Positions 36,291 through 50,694 are shown, numbered from the stretch's first letter. The stretch: 64,000 nt of DNA from Rhina ancylostomus (GCA_030265395.1 JARFYF010000002.1:42591086-42655085), one strand, 5' to 3'. Notes: generated from the letters alone by a model not told the origin. A program made the numbers and translations.

Positions 36291-37120
36291 CTTCACTTCA
36301 AAGGTGTCGACTAACCTGCACCTTCAGCTTTTGTTTCAGATAACCAGCAATTACAGGAATTCTCCTTATTGTACCTGCATTCCACTTGTTGATATAATTT
36401 TACTAACAATATATTTTACAGAGACTAATGTGATCGTGTCACTATTTCATTTGCCTTAACAACTGATTGACATGGAGGTAGCACTAGGTTCTTCTTTTAA
36501 AAAGAAAAATAGTTACATATAGTTAGAAAGAACTCACCAAACAGATCCTTAAATAGAGTACAAGTCGGGAAGACCTGCTTGGAAATGTTACATATGCATA
36601 TCTGCTGTATTGATCTGCTTATGTTGTGTTCTATCAGGAGCTCCCTTAAGCAACCATGTTGTCTGCTCCCTCCTTTGTATCTGTTGGCATGGCAGTAGGA
36701 TCCGGGAGTGTATAGCTCAGGTCCCACATATGATGAGTGCCACAAATGGAATATGGATCGTGCCCCATAGATTCTAGTATATGCTCTTATTATATCAAAA
36801 ATCAGTTGTAAAAGACAAGTGCATGCTTAATTTAAGAAATAACGAAACTAATAAGTGGATTATTGGCTGGATTCATCATTCTGACATATTTATCACTGTT
36901 TCTGTAATCCATTGTAATGGAGATGTCTGTAGAAAATGAAAATAGATGTACAGGTTAGGTTGGAGAATGTAGAATAGAGACTCACCCTAGTGTCTCCATA
37001 ATGTTTCACTTGTTCCTCTTCTACCACTCTTCTCCATTATTTTTTCTGTTACTCAGTTGGCTTCTGTTTCTGTCCTCTCATTTTTTTTCTGTTCCTGTTC
37101 CATTTTATGTAGAAGGTAGC

Positions 37121-37376
37121 TGTCATGGTTCTGAGTTCTAGCCCTCAATTTGGCTCCATTAATGCCTTGTTGTCCAGCACATGGATTCCANNNNNNNNNN
37201 NNNNNNNNNNNNNNNNNNNNNNNNNNNNNNNNNNNNNNNNNNNNNNNNNNNNNNNNNNNNNNNNNNNNNNNNNNNNNNNNNNNNNNNNNNCCTGAGGAAG
37301 TATCCTGACTCCAGTCTTGTATCAGTGTGCTGCATTTGGGTTCTCTGTGAGTTTACTCTGGATCAACGTTGTGACA
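37121..37376 (+). mobile_element. Solo-LTR-like element, family A (internal N-gap)
   Basis: Termini TGTCA...TGACA with an exact 5-bp TSD GTAGC (37116-37120 and 37377-37381). Confidence 0.8.
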
Positions 37377-38982
37377 GTAGCAATACATGCAAGCAGAGGA
37401 TAGGATTGAGGTTGAGGGAACATTGAACTCCAGTTGCTCCCCTTCCATTCTCTCCTCCCCATCAATCATTGAAGTCCACATATTCAAACATATTGAGACC
37501 TCTCACTGCTCCTACTGCTCAACTCTTCCCACTGACTTCAGTGTAATCAGTTCCCCTACCTCTTACCCACTGAACCACTAATTCTCCGCTCACTGTCACA
37601 CACTCCACTTGGAACTTTCCCTGCTCCTATTTACCTGTCAATTAATTCTCTTTTCTCTTCCCTAAATAGAACTAAATTTTCGTTGCCAAAATCTAATGAG
37701 TCTGTGAAAATATACCATTTAAAATGCAAAAGAAAATGTCTGGAAGGAAAAAGCGAAGCTGCATCAAAAACATCTATTTCCTGTTTTACCAAAAGCTGGT
37801 CAGAAATGGGCAACAAATACCTTCATGGGAAGTGTATTGTTATTCAAATATTTTAATGAGTCTGCAGGTCTTTATTTTGATGACCATTCTAGTTTTAACC
37901 ACAGATGATTTAGTTAGCCATTTTTATAAAATGTTTTCTAATGCAATGCTTATGAGCTAGAAAGAGCAGCAATATTTCCACAGGGCCCCACTACCAGGAA
38001 ACTCCAACCCCACATACACTTTGATTTGTTCCCCTAATCACAATCAGAACTATTAACAGCTGGAACCTCTTGGTCTAGGCCGTATTTGCCATGAGGCAGC
38101 ATTCCTCCTTCCCCATGATTCAGACTACCCCTTTCTCCATGATTCGGACACTCTTGAGTTCTGAAACTCCATATTCATTTTGTGATCTATTTATCTCCAA
38201 CTTACTTGTTTTTCATCAACTTTGTCTCCAGCTTTGTAAAGCAAACTTCCCACCCTAAAGGCTTCCAGTCTGTCAGGCAAGCTGCCCCATCTAAAGGAGC
38301 CCAACTGTTAAATTCAGTAGGGCATTTGCCTCCAAGAGAGCCATTGAAATCACATAATTTACCACACATAAAGTGGCCTCTTGGCTCATCTTTCCCTTTG
38401 CCCTCTGAAAACATCTTCAGTTCAAGGAATTAATGTTCACCTTAATTGTCAATAAAAGGCAGGTGAGTTAATTAGTTGGCTATAATTTCTGTGCATTGTT
38501 GGTGGAGGGTTGAAAATTAGATTTGAATTGTATTGCCAACTGACTTTCTCTCTTTGCGTAATATACTCGGTAAAATTTAAATAACACCAAACAAATGTGC
38601 ATCTAATTATAATTGTTTTTCTGCTACACACAGAATACACAGATACCCAAATACACAGAAAACATTTTGTTTTTAAAGAGAAATTTAAATCTTTTTAAAC
38701 TTGTTTTCTTATTTTTTTCTCAATTACTTAAGGAACAATCATTGACCCATTGTGTGAGAAACCAAAGGAACAAACCCAATGAGTATAGCAGACTGAATGG
38801 TGTTAAAAAGCTTCACTGAACAAAGACAGACTTTACCTCCAAATTCAGCTCCCAGTCACATCTCTAGATAGACTGTGGATAGTTAATTAGAATGACAGTG
38901 GCACCTTGGCCTCCTAAAGCTCAAAAATTGATGGCAAGAAGATCCCAAACACTTCCAATCAGTTTATTGCCTGCAACATTAA

Positions 38983-39232
38983 GGGCAGGCACAGTAGTGA
39001 CCTGGGTTCAATTCCAGCCACTGTCTCTAAGGAGTTTGTATGTTCTCTCCGTGTCTGTGTGGGTTTCCTCTGGGTGCTCCAGTTTCCTACCACATTCCAA
39101 AGACGTTGTGGGCATGATATGTTGGTGCCGGAAGCGTGGCGACATTTGAGGGCTGCCCCCAGAACACTTTATGCAAAACTATGTATTTCACTGTGTGTTT
39201 CCATGTACAGGTGACTCATAATCTTATCTAAC
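38983..39232 (+). mobile_element. V-SINE with internal deletions
   Basis: Collinear with 32946-33240. Confidence 0.85.
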
Positions 39233-39379
39233 ATTGAGGAAAGACAAGAATGAGGTGAAATGTACCCCTGTTGAAGTAAGTCTTCAGCTGCATCAGGTCC
39301 CTGTTGCAAATCACTTTCCCCCCCATGCAGCCAACCATAAAGATCCCACACAAGGCAGATAATTCCACCCTCAGGCTCT

Positions 39380-40540
39380 CCTACCACTGAAATACGGATT
39401 CTGGCCCCCTGACTCTGAATTCCAATCCTGGACCATTGATCAGGCTTTGAAGAGGTCTAGAGCTGAGCAGGGTTCTGATGAAACATGGTTATCATTGAAC
39501 AAGTACAGCTAGATAACACTTTTGATGGAAGAGACCATCTTCTATTAATTTATTATAACTGAGAGAAGAATGATTGGAATTCTCCAGAATGAATTTGTCC
39601 TGGTTTTTGTGAGCGGGATTCAGCTGGTCAGTTTTCCACATTGTTGGGTAGATGTCAGTGCTGTGACTGTATTGGGAGAGGTTGGCCAGTGGAATGGTTG
39701 GGTCTAGAGTACATATGTTCAACACTACATTTAGGTTGTTGGGTGTGATAGTACTTAATCCAATCACCCTCCGCCTGTCCACGTTATTCCCACCACCACA
39801 CTAACCTTTTCCGACTCTGCATGTCGAAACAGACCTGAGGCCTCTCTGTCACGGCTATCTCACTAAGTGAACTTGAGCTGTTAAAGCTCTTTTCAACTGT
39901 CTCCAAACAATTTAAAATGATTAAGGATGTAAAATGAATTAAGAACATCATTATTAAGTAAAATAAAGAAAAAAAATAAACCACTTGCCTTCACTGAATT
40001 TAGGATTGGCAATTCCGTTGAAATGAAATGGGGCAGAGTGAAATGCATCAACCATGACTGGTGTAGAGCTGAGGGCCCAGATGCAATCCTTCAGCTCAGG
40101 AAAACCCAGTTCAGCCCTTGAACTCAGCAGCACATCCCCAGCTTGTTCACGACTCCTGCATTGTAATGCACAGGCAGGGACTACAAGTGTACACTGACCC
40201 AAACATTGTAGCCAGCCAGTAGTCTGTAGTCCTCAACAGAATCATTAGGTAGCCATCAGAACAATCCAGGCCATTGTACTATCCCATAATCTTTCCTGTA
40301 TCTGATGCCCTCAGCCATTTCTTGATACTATGTGGAGTGAATCAAATTGGCTTAAGACTAGCTTCTGTGATGGAGGGGATCCCAAGAGGATACCAAGATG
40401 GATCATCCACTCATCATTTCTGACTGAACATGACTAAAAATAGTTCAGCCATTTCTTTAGCACTTATATGCTGAGCTTCCAGGATAGGGATGTCTTTAGA
40501 ATCTATTTAATTGACCCCTATGAATGAATGTGGCAGAGCT
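39380..40540 (-). mobile_element. Decayed CR1/L2-group LINE ORF2 fragment
   Basis: Minus-strand LANLSQYSHSTDIYPTMWKTDQLNPAHKNQDK matches the pre-RT region (G..P..WK.A...P.HK). Confidence 0.6.
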
Positions 40541-43114
40541 ACAAGCTCAGGCTTCCGAGAAAGGTAGATGTAAAAATTTTATTGAAATGTATAAAAATAA
40601 GTTTGCTGCGATTATGTAATCCACTGTTGTGAATTATATCATTTTGATGAAGCTTTTAAAACCCTTGGTTTGGTCATTGAAAAGTCAGTTACTCGGCAGA
40701 AAGGTGACAATGTCAAATATTCCACAAGAATCTTAATCTATTTGTTATAATCATTGGCTTAGTAATGCAATAATTAGGTGATACAATCTCATTTTGTTAT
40801 CACAGCTGCAATGGGTCATATGCCTTGACAGTTATAAAATTGAAAATACTAACATAGCACCATCTACTGGGGTAACAGTACATTTGTGACCAAGGAATTT
40901 TGAAGCCTCACACTGAATTTGATTAACACAGACATTTCACAGAGATGATGCTGTTCTGCGCAATACAATTAATTTATTCACAGCACAGAACTTCATGCAT
41001 TTAAAGCTTCACATTCAATATTTTGCAGCTCTCATCAGCAAGAAACGGTTAAGAAGAAATATCACATTTTCAAATAGTTGGCAGTAGCTCGAATATACCT
41101 CCATTCACAGTTAGAAATCAGTGCAACTATTTCAAGGATTTGACCTCACAGCAAACCATGATATTTTGATTTTAAACTTTTGTTTTACCTGGAATGATTG
41201 TTATGTTCCCTTCGGCCAGTATCATACAGGATTAAATGTTTCTACAAAGCACACTATCGATCTAAGTGAAATATTGCATTCTCGCTCAACTCTACCTGGT
41301 GCTCCTTATTATACTATATATTCTGGTTATAAAACAAATTATGACCATAAATTGTAAATAACGACTGTCAGGACTTACAGCCTGATATCCATCTTATTCT
41401 CGTCAAAATAATCATACAATTACAAAAGGATCAGTTTTCTACTCTATGGATAAGTGTCTCTTTCTTTAATCACTTAATCAGGTTGTTCATTCTAAGATTG
41501 TGAATGCACGTGTTGGAAGTAAGCTTGACTGGTCTCAGTTTCATTGCCAGGTAAGACAAGTCCAACTGATAGGTTTCTCCTTTCACCCATTGAGTTGGGC
41601 ACAACTCTCTATTTGTTCGTGTGTCTGTCAACTGAAGTGTTACTCATATGGAGACTTGAGCTGCATCTTTATCATTTCATCTTTCATAGAACAGCAACGA
41701 GAATATAGAATGTGATTCTGAAAACAAACTACACCAATGTCATGTTTTGTGCAATTTTTCCTCATTTTTAACTTCAAGTTCAGAAATGTATTTTCATAGT
41801 TTTATAATTAATGGTCTTGTCATAAAAAAAATCATATAACCCCTCTGAGCAGGAGAGGTGGACAATGTGTTGTGCAAGGTTTATGTTAATAGTAGTTCCT
41901 GTCAGTGCCAGCAAGTTGCAACTGCAAAGTTCTGCAATATTTCAAAATTTTTAAGGCAGCCAACCAATATAATGCTACACATTCCTGGGGGGGGNNNNNN
42001 NNNNNNNNNNNNNNNNNNNNNNNNNNNNNNNNNNNNNNNNNNNNNNNNNNNNNNNNNNNNNNNNNNNNNNNNNNNNNNNNNNNNNNNNNNNNNNTACCGC
42101 CCCCCCCCCCCCCAGAGACTGACAAGAAATGGCCAGGTACTCAACTCAAATGCTACCGACCTTGGGATCGGACTTGAGCAAAATATTAGATGGATGCTTC
42201 TGTCCAAAAAATTTAGAGCCTATTCTGTTTTACAAATGGAACAAAATTAAAAACTTACCATGTTACAGTCTTTACATTTGACTGACATGACATCAGGACT
42301 TGGTTAACCTAAGTCAGTTAAACTATATACTCTATAACTTGTAGGTATTGTGCCTACGGCAATCAAAGGAATCACAGAAACACAGCTGTTTGTTGAGATT
42401 TTTTTTCTTCGACCTCTATGAAGTTCAGTATTCAACTCATGACAATAAATCTTCCTCCTGCCCAAGAGGGAAACCTGAGAAATGAATTTAAACATCACAG
42501 CTGGGTGTAGTAACTGTGTACTCCACCACAAACTGATCCTCTAGTTACGTGGTGCTACGCAGGGAAACAATACTAAACCTGCCTGGATCATTTGGCCAAA
42601 TAAGTGGAGGTTATGCGGAACCTCACATGTGAATCCTTTAAATTGGATAAGTTATGCAGGAAAATTGCATCCAAGAAAATCAATTGATCTTTGACAAAAT
42701 TATAGTGAACCAACTCTTTATTGCACTCTGTTGAAAGGAAGAGTAACCTAAGCATCATTAACTTAAATAAGATCATTCTATAAGAATCAGTGAATCTCGA
42801 GTTAGCTTCCTGGGATTATTTCATATTGATAATAATTCAAAAACTGACAAAAGTTAATTTGGGTTTTTTGAACTCCATGGCACCAGTATTCAGAACCATA
42901 TGGACAGCAGTATCCAGGACCACAAGACAAATCATGCTGAACTTAACCATCCCATCAGCAACTCAACCTAAATAATAAAACTTCAGTTGTAAAGATTTAA
43001 CAAAAGCATCTAAAGGTTGAATATGCTTTGTTGATTGGGATCGTCCCCCAGTAATAAATTCGTTTTGAAAAGCTATGAGAAACACAGCTGCGATTTCATT
43101 CGGCTCTGAACGAA

Positions 43115-43680
43115 TCACCTCTCTCACAGCACCTTCCTGATGATGCTGCTACATTCTCCACCTCTTAATTCTACCTCTCTCTGTTATTCCATTATTGTCA
43201 CTTCAGCCTTTCTTTTTTGCACCACTTCAGATTGCACTACTTTCTTTGCACATTCTGTTGTACTTTGCACTATTCTGTTGTTTTGCGCTTATTATTGTTG
43301 TGGTGGCCCGCGCATGCGGGACTCGAACTGCCATCAGGGAGCCATGGGCGCACACGCAGAAGCACATTTTGAACTACCCTTTCGGGGTGGACCTTCCAGG
43401 AACGTCCTGACATCACTTCCGCCCTGGGGGTTAGCGAAGGCGCTTGCACGGTGAGCTTGGCGTGCTTTTGTTAGTCTTAGTAAAGCTTCTTGAAGTCAGC
43501 ACTCTGCCTCCGCGTCGTTCTTCCATAGTGCGTCACGTTCGGCTACATTGTATTTATTGTTGTATTTCATATTACCAAGGATACTGTTTACTCTGTGAGC
43601 TTTGCTCGAGCCAAGGAATTTCATTGCACCTCGGTGTATATGACAATAAGCTAATCTGAATCTGAATCTGAAACTGAATA
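43115..43680 (+). mobile_element. LINE 3' UTR with a (CTGAAT)n tail (Rex1-like, tentative)
   Basis: Ends caaggaatttcattgcacctcggtgtatatgacaataagctaatctgaatctgaatctgaa; the sequence reads through once the LTR insert is removed. Confidence 0.55.
43299..43547 (+). mobile_element. Solo LTR, family B (249 bp), nested in a LINE 3' UTR
   Basis: Termini TGTGG...CTACA with a 4-bp TSD TTGT (43295-43298 and 43548-43551), an internal AGTAAA signal at 43479-43484 and a CpG-rich body. Confidence 0.75.
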
Positions 43681-46394
43681 AACAACAAGAACTCTCTTCA
43701 TGCCTAAGTCTTGCTGTGTAGTTCTGCACACCTGGTTCGAAAATGAATAGCATATTGTTATATTGATATCCTCGCCTTTTGCTTGACCATTTGCAGGAAT
43801 CAGAGATGCAAATTTCTGAGCTGAATCTTGCTGGAATTAGGTATTTCTTGTCCATTTGTCGGATATTTTCCTGAACATTGGGTCTCAGAATTCTTTGTGC
43901 TGTAAGTTGCTGGAATTGTAAGTTAATAAAGGTGGAATGAGACCAACAGTCAATCTCCCTAAACAACAAAATTTATGTAGTAATAAAATTATGTAGTAAT
44001 GAAAGAGAGGGAGAGTGAAATAGAAACAAACTATGTATAGAAAAAGAAATAAAGAAGATGGAGGAATTAATAGATTAAAAGAGAGAAGCTCCAGGCTTTC
44101 TAAAATAATGGGCTCAATAAGTTGAGGAGCCCTGCTTCTTTCCATACTCCCATAGCCGGTCATTTTCCAATGGAGGTTACTGAGGAGACAGTACTGAGGT
44201 GCAGCTTTGTATCCACCTCCACTTGACATGTTACTTTTCAAAGCACATTTCAACATGGAATTATTAACAAAATTCTGTCATAGCTTGGGATATAACAGAA
44301 AGAAATATGTCCAGAAATTTTAAGTTATATTAAAAACATTGGTATTAGGAATGTACAGGACGTGAAGGAGGAAGGAATCAGATTCTCCCCAAGCTAAAAT
44401 AAAACCATCCTGTTTCTGGTTTTCCTCTCTCCTGATTCATTCCTTTTCATTCTATTACTTAAGAACAAAATCATAGTATCAGCTCTTTCCTTTTGCCTGG
44501 CCTCTTACTGAGGCTGAAGCAGATCGTTTGCAACCTTGTTATCCTACCAGACCCAAATTATCTGTATCAATATGACAGTCAACTTCTACCTCTACCTACA
44601 TTGACTGGTTCTTTCAGCACTGCATTTCATATGCTGCTAAAGCTACCTCCATCCGAGCCCTCAGTACCAGTTCCAGTGCCCATCACCCGTCCAGTTCCAA
44701 TGCCAGTCACCCAGTTTGCAACCAACTTCGTCCAGTCATCAGCTGCCTCTCTTCTAGCTTACACTGTTCCTGTTTGTGCATATTACTGTGCATTACTTCA
44801 ATCTTAAAATGTTTATTCTTTTTCAACCCCCTCCCCATGAACTTGTGGCAGCCAGCTCTCCTCCCATTCCTCTGGGAAAGCAATAGGAAAGGTTTGAGAT
44901 GGCATACACTGAATTCCATAAACAACAGCTCTACCATTGAAATGCATGTCAGAAAGGTGTACGGAAACCTTAACCACCCAGGAGAAACACTCTGATAACA
45001 ATCAATGGCTCTGGATTCCTACTAGGGTTGTCCTAATCTCTTGACATAAATTTCTTGGTGAAAAAGATAATGGATGGGATTAACACATACACTATTTTTC
45101 TGTGGATTTGCTAATCTCCCAGTCTAATTACAATGGGAAATATATCCATAGAAATTCATGGAAAATAAACATATCACTAATAGGAAAACAAACTGATTGC
45201 ATTTTATGTCCAAAAAGCTAATTACAATGGCAAAGTAGAGAGAAACCCAATAAATAATGGGCATCTATGATAATTGAGGTCTGACAGAGGACAATGTTAA
45301 TTTAATGTCATTGCCCATTTAAACAGGAAAGATTATGTAAGTAGGCTGTTCAGGTACACAAATAAACACCTGTCCATATGAGCCCAGAGGATTGGAAAGA
45401 TAGTGTAATCTGGTTTTATTGCCATATCAGTCTTTACCTTCTCTGCAATTATCTTGCTTTGAACAGATAACTTCAAGAAAATCTATAATTCAGGTCTATG
45501 TTCCTGGCTTGGAATAAGACAAGCAAACAAAACAATGCAAGGAGATGAGTTTGACTTGCCATTCTGTGTTGGAGTTTGGCTGCACAATTTCTTGAAGGAG
45601 ACTGTATAAGCAAGGCAACAACCTGTTGACCCAAGGCATGCAGGGTGTTGGCCTCATTCATTGGAAGTTAAGCACTCAAGGACATATAGAAACTGGCACA
45701 TTGGCAGGTCCAGGAAGATGCTGATTGGGGCTCAATCTCCAAGCATGGTATTTTTCACTTCATGTTCAAACCCATGACTGGACACTCAAAAGCTATTTAA
45801 TCATTCATTTTAAACACTCCTGTTGTAAATTAAAAGAAACATTGGAAAATGTTCCTCAGAACAATATCTCTTGCAGTCATTCTCTGGCAACTCCCCTCAG
45901 TTACAAAGGGATCATGAATGTCCTGGCAAGGTCAATCATTGTGTTTAAAATATATTCTCCTTCCCAGTGAGAACTGTTCATCCTTTTAAGATTGTTTCAG
46001 TCAATAAGTCACTGCAATTTAAGGACAGATCCAGAGAAACAGCAAAACTCAGTTTGCTTGAACTGATCTGGTCTCATTGATAAACCCCTCTCTCACAATT
46101 ACCTCATACAGATTGTATTCTTACCTCTCTTAAGAACCAGTAAAATGCAAGTAACCATAGATTTTTCACTGACAATGTGAAAATATTTAAGCAAGGTACA
46201 AAAACCCCAACAACACCAGCCTTTCTCAAGAAAAGAGAAAAGTATCCATGATAGATAAGAGTGCAAGTTCCTATGATCGCCAAGCCGGTCTTGAGCCAAC
46301 AACTTTCTAGTTCAGAGATGAGGATAGCACTAGCAAAACAGACACTTCAACAAAGATTGAGTAAGATGATACCTGAAGCAATGAGTTATTGGTC

Positions 46395-46740
46395 AGCGGG
46401 CATGAAATAGCCAACTGGTGGAGCTGCTGCCTTACAGTTACTGCAACCCAGGTTCAATTCTGACTTCAGATGCTCTATGTGCAGAATTGGTACATTGTTC
46501 CTCTGATTACATGAATGTCCCATGGGCACTTCAATTTCCTCCCACATCCCAAAGACATGCAGATTGACTGATTAATTGGCCACTGTAAGTTGTCCTTCGT
46601 CTGAAGATGAAGGGTAGAATTGGTGGGGAGGGGTTGAGGGTGGTTGTTGATAGGAATGCAGGGAGAATAGTTTACAGGAAAAACATTGAGGGAACCAGAT
46701 TGTTTTGTGAGATAGCATAGTCGATGGGCTGAACTGGCCT
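46395..46740 (+). mobile_element. V-SINE variant with a CR1-like tail
   Basis: ggtggagctgctgccttacag...ccaggttcaattctgac...tttcctcccacatcccaaagac...gatgggctgaactggcct. Confidence 0.75.
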
Positions 46741-46744
46741 CCTG

Positions 46745-48520
46745 AGGAAATCTGGAGATCTGGAAATGTATTGCTGCTCTGAGTGAAGCACTTTCAGCAG
46801 GAGATGGGCAGCTGAAAGAACTAGGCTGTTGGGACATCTTTTTCCAGAAGAAAAATGCTGCCTTCATGGGGTAAGCTTTGAATTCAAGTATAAGCTAGTC
46901 TGGCACCTCAGCCACTGCCCCTGTGGATAAATGAATGGTTCATGTTGCCCTGGCTCACCCTAACATCGAACCAGCACACAATGGTCATCAGTGCATGCAC
47001 CCAACACTGGAAATTGGGGATGAAGTCAAGGAGGACTCCTACTGAGACCTTAAAATACCTTGACCCACATCCCAGAAGGAGACAAACTGATCCCTCTGGG
47101 CAACCTCAGTACCAGCAACAGAAAAGATGCAATTCTCTAATAAGATATGATTTGCAGGTAAGAAAAGTTGATTCCTCCTCCTGACAGGGTGCTTGCAATA
47201 CGGTGTTGTCATAACCAACGTGGTGTTACATTTAAATTCCAGCACATGATTTCATGGCAGCACCTCAATCCAAGCACCAGCACCTCTTAGATTATGTGAT
47301 CAACTGAGCAAGAAACAGCAACAATGTCTAATTATCCATACCATGACAAGCACTGTTAGCTGTTGGTCAGACCATTGCTTAATCTGCTCTGTCACCTTCA
47401 TCACCCAGGCCTGAAAACAACAGCAGCAACAGGAACATTGCCACAAGAAAATCAATGTTGAAGGGTGCAAGAACCCAGCAAAGAAAGTTCTTCTCAGTAA
47501 GCTCCTCCACAACAGGCCACAACCGATTGGTGTCAAACAAGGCTGTGTCATTACCTCCATGCTTTTCCCAATCTATCTCACTGTAATGTTGCACCTCACG
47601 TTGAACTAATCTACAGGACATACAGGAAACATTCAATATCTGCTGTCTCCACTCCAGAACCAAGGTCACCCCAACTTCAGTTATTGATTTGCAATGTGTA
47701 TATGTGCAAGTTCAGAGGTTGAGCTCCAATTTATCATTGACTCATTCATTGAAGCATTCAAGGAAATGGATCTTACATATATTAGCCAAAAACAAAGGCC
47801 CTTTACCAAGCTGCCCCTGCTGTGCAATACCTCCCCCCAACAATAAATATCCATGATGAAACCCTGAAAATTGAAACTACTTCCCTTAACTCAGGAGCCA
47901 CCTGTCAATAAAGGCAGGCATTGATGCTAGAATTTACTGCCATCTTCATGCACCAGCACAGATTTTGGCTGTCTGAAAAATACATTGAAGATTGAGAACT
48001 CAAAGTTGGCACAGACCGCAAGGTCTACTGGGCAGCAATGACCTCTGCCCTCCTGTACATTTCTGAGTGATGAACTACCTAAGGCAGGCACTTCAAGCAC
48101 CAGAGGGCTACCTCCAATATTGTCTCTGCAAAGTTCTCCAGATCTGCTGGTAGGATAAACAGACCAATGTCAGCATTCTCTCCCAGGCTAACATTCCCAA
48201 TATTCAGGCCTTAATTACTCTCAGTCTGCTTCAATGGGCAGGCCACATCAGCAGTATGCCCAACACCAGACTCTCAAAGCAGACACACTAGTCCAACCTC
48301 TGGTTCAAGAAGAAATTACCAAGTGGACAGGAAAAGACAATTCATGGATGTTCTTAAAGCCTTGTTGAAAAGGTAATAGTGATTCATAGGACTCCTTGGT
48401 CTGAGACATTATAGAATGAAGATGGAGCATTTGTGGTGGCATTGAGGACCTTGAGTCCTTGCCCAGGAGCAAACATAGAGAAGAATCACACCATTTCCCA
48501 AACTACCCACCCATCTGCTC
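46745..48520 (+). mobile_element. RTE-clade LINE, decayed and internally deleted
   Basis: Endonuclease remnants ALSE...GDGQLKE and LHGVSF, RT remnants GVKQGCVITSMLF and RTKVTPTSVIDLQ, and C-terminal LQWAGHISSMPNTRLSKQ. Confidence 0.8.
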
Positions 48521-49977
48521 TATCAAGCATCTTAATTCACCTTTATATCCATCTAAAATGATTCATTAATAAAATGAAACTTTATAACCACTCATGTACA
48601 ACATTGCAGAATGAGAATTTTTATGTTGGCTGCATCAACGGGTGCAATAAATTTCTTTGCTTGGATCATTATACGTAAATGGAGGAATCTTGTTGGGAAG
48701 AGTAGGGTTGAGGGGAAGGGAATAAGAGTTCATGCACTCAGCTAGAAAATTAACAGAGGTAATTAAGTTATATTTCTCCTGTTAGGTTCATTGATTACAC
48801 TGAAAATAACTTTAGACAAATTTACACAGAGATTAATGCAATTCTTATTTGTACATTACCTTTGTTACTTTCAAATTAATATAATAGACGCCAGCAAGGT
48901 TTACATCAGTCAACTCAAATATATGTATATTATTTCAAATAATTGTCCTTGTAACAGAACTGATGAAGAACGTAAGGGAAAATGGAGCTAGTTCATCAAG
49001 GTACATCTTACTGTCAATAAGAGATACAAAAGCAATGATCCAAAGGGTCTACCTGGATTTAATTTACAAAACCTAGTTTAATGAGTCCTTGTCATCTGCA
49101 TTTACCTTGTTTATCATTGAAAACATGAACACAGATCAAATAAGATTTGTTCAGCTGTTGATATCAGCCCAGAATGTAAACAGAGTTGATTCTTTTGTTT
49201 GGCTTCTAGTTGCCAACATTTTAACAATGGCATATATATAATGTTAAAATTGATGCCAATTTAAAGCATCTTAAATACTATAATAGATAGATTACATTGT
49301 GGATTTGAAGATTGCTAACCAGCAATAATGGCACTTTTGTACTATGAATACATATAAATAAACATGTTAAGAAAAGACTGAATGGTTGTCATTTAGATCT
49401 ATCTTATAGAGAGTGTACTTTTTTTAACACCTGAAATGTGGGATCAGTGGTAAAACTAGTAAACAAACAATTTCTTGCTTGACCAGTAAACTGATCTCTG
49501 CTTTACTTCCTGCTCCTAGAATACCTAAGCACTGAATGTCATCCACCCCTGCCATTAAGAGCTAGCCTCAGGCTTATATGTGCAAATCTGTATAGAGGAT
49601 GCTCACAGTGTGCCTAATGATGCAGAACAACACTAACCATCTGAAAAAGCACATTCAGCAAAGAGAGGAAACACTCATGTAAAAGAAGACAGTGAAGAGA
49701 TGATGGGTTGCTGATTTGTGAGGTGTGAGGTTAAGGTGTGCTGAGAGCAATTGTCAGGACTCTCCATTTTCATGTCAGTAAAGAGCCTGGATTGACAGAT
49801 GTGAACTCAATAGCGAAGTGATTGATGTAGCACAGATTCCTGTGGTCAGTTTACATCACCCTGTGTGCCAAAATTATGTGTCAATGTGGCCAGATATGTT
49901 GCATGCATTGAAACATGGTAAACCTAAGGCACGTTCCAACTATATTCAAAATTCTGCATGAGTGAAGTATTTATAAA

Positions 49978-50027
49978 TGTGTCTGTGTGTGTCTGTATGT
50001 GCGTGTGTGTGTGTATGTGTGTTTGTG
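49978..50027. repeat. Imperfect (TG)n microsatellite
   Basis: Read directly from the sequence. Confidence 0.85.
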
Positions 50028-50694
50028 TTCATGAACAAGCATGCAGCATACCCCTTACGAGACTCTCCCCCGACTGACCAGTGCCTCAACTGGCCCCACA
50101 TCACAGCAAGGTGTAAGATGCAAAGGAGGCATCTGCTCAACGCATCATGTCACACACTTCATAGAGAACACAAGCACCACATACCCTTGTCTTGGTAGTA
50201 TAATATAGAGAATTCTAATAGGTTAACACTTCCATTAAAGTAGCAGAGTGTGAAAGGAATTTCAAATGATTGTGTTAAGCATTCAAACAATGAGATTGCT
50301 TGAAGTAATTTCCAAACTATAATCCCCCAGAAATTCAACATATTCTCAAGTCCATTTATGTGCACTCACAAGGAAATCCAACACTTTCCATTGTGAATTT
50401 ACAAAATATGTAACAAGGCTACAATACAATTTACAGTAAATATATAATGAATTAGATTACTGATTTGTCATTCTTGTTTCCAGTAAAAGATCAGTACAAT
50501 ATTAATGGCATCAACTGGTCCGCTACCACATGTCATTTGTAATCTGCAATTGGCTTAATTTTCAAACTGAAAAACATGATGTAACTTGCATTGTGAAATA
50601 TTCTCATGGCTTCACCTTACAGACTTTGTTGCAAGTTGTTTCTTTATTATTGCAGAACTTTTAACTTGTTTAGTCATCCACTTCCAGACAAAGA

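Noticed and set aside
40434-40443. Perfect MEF2 site CTAAAAATAG
   Set aside because: It is a single site inside a decayed LINE fragment, with no supporting context.
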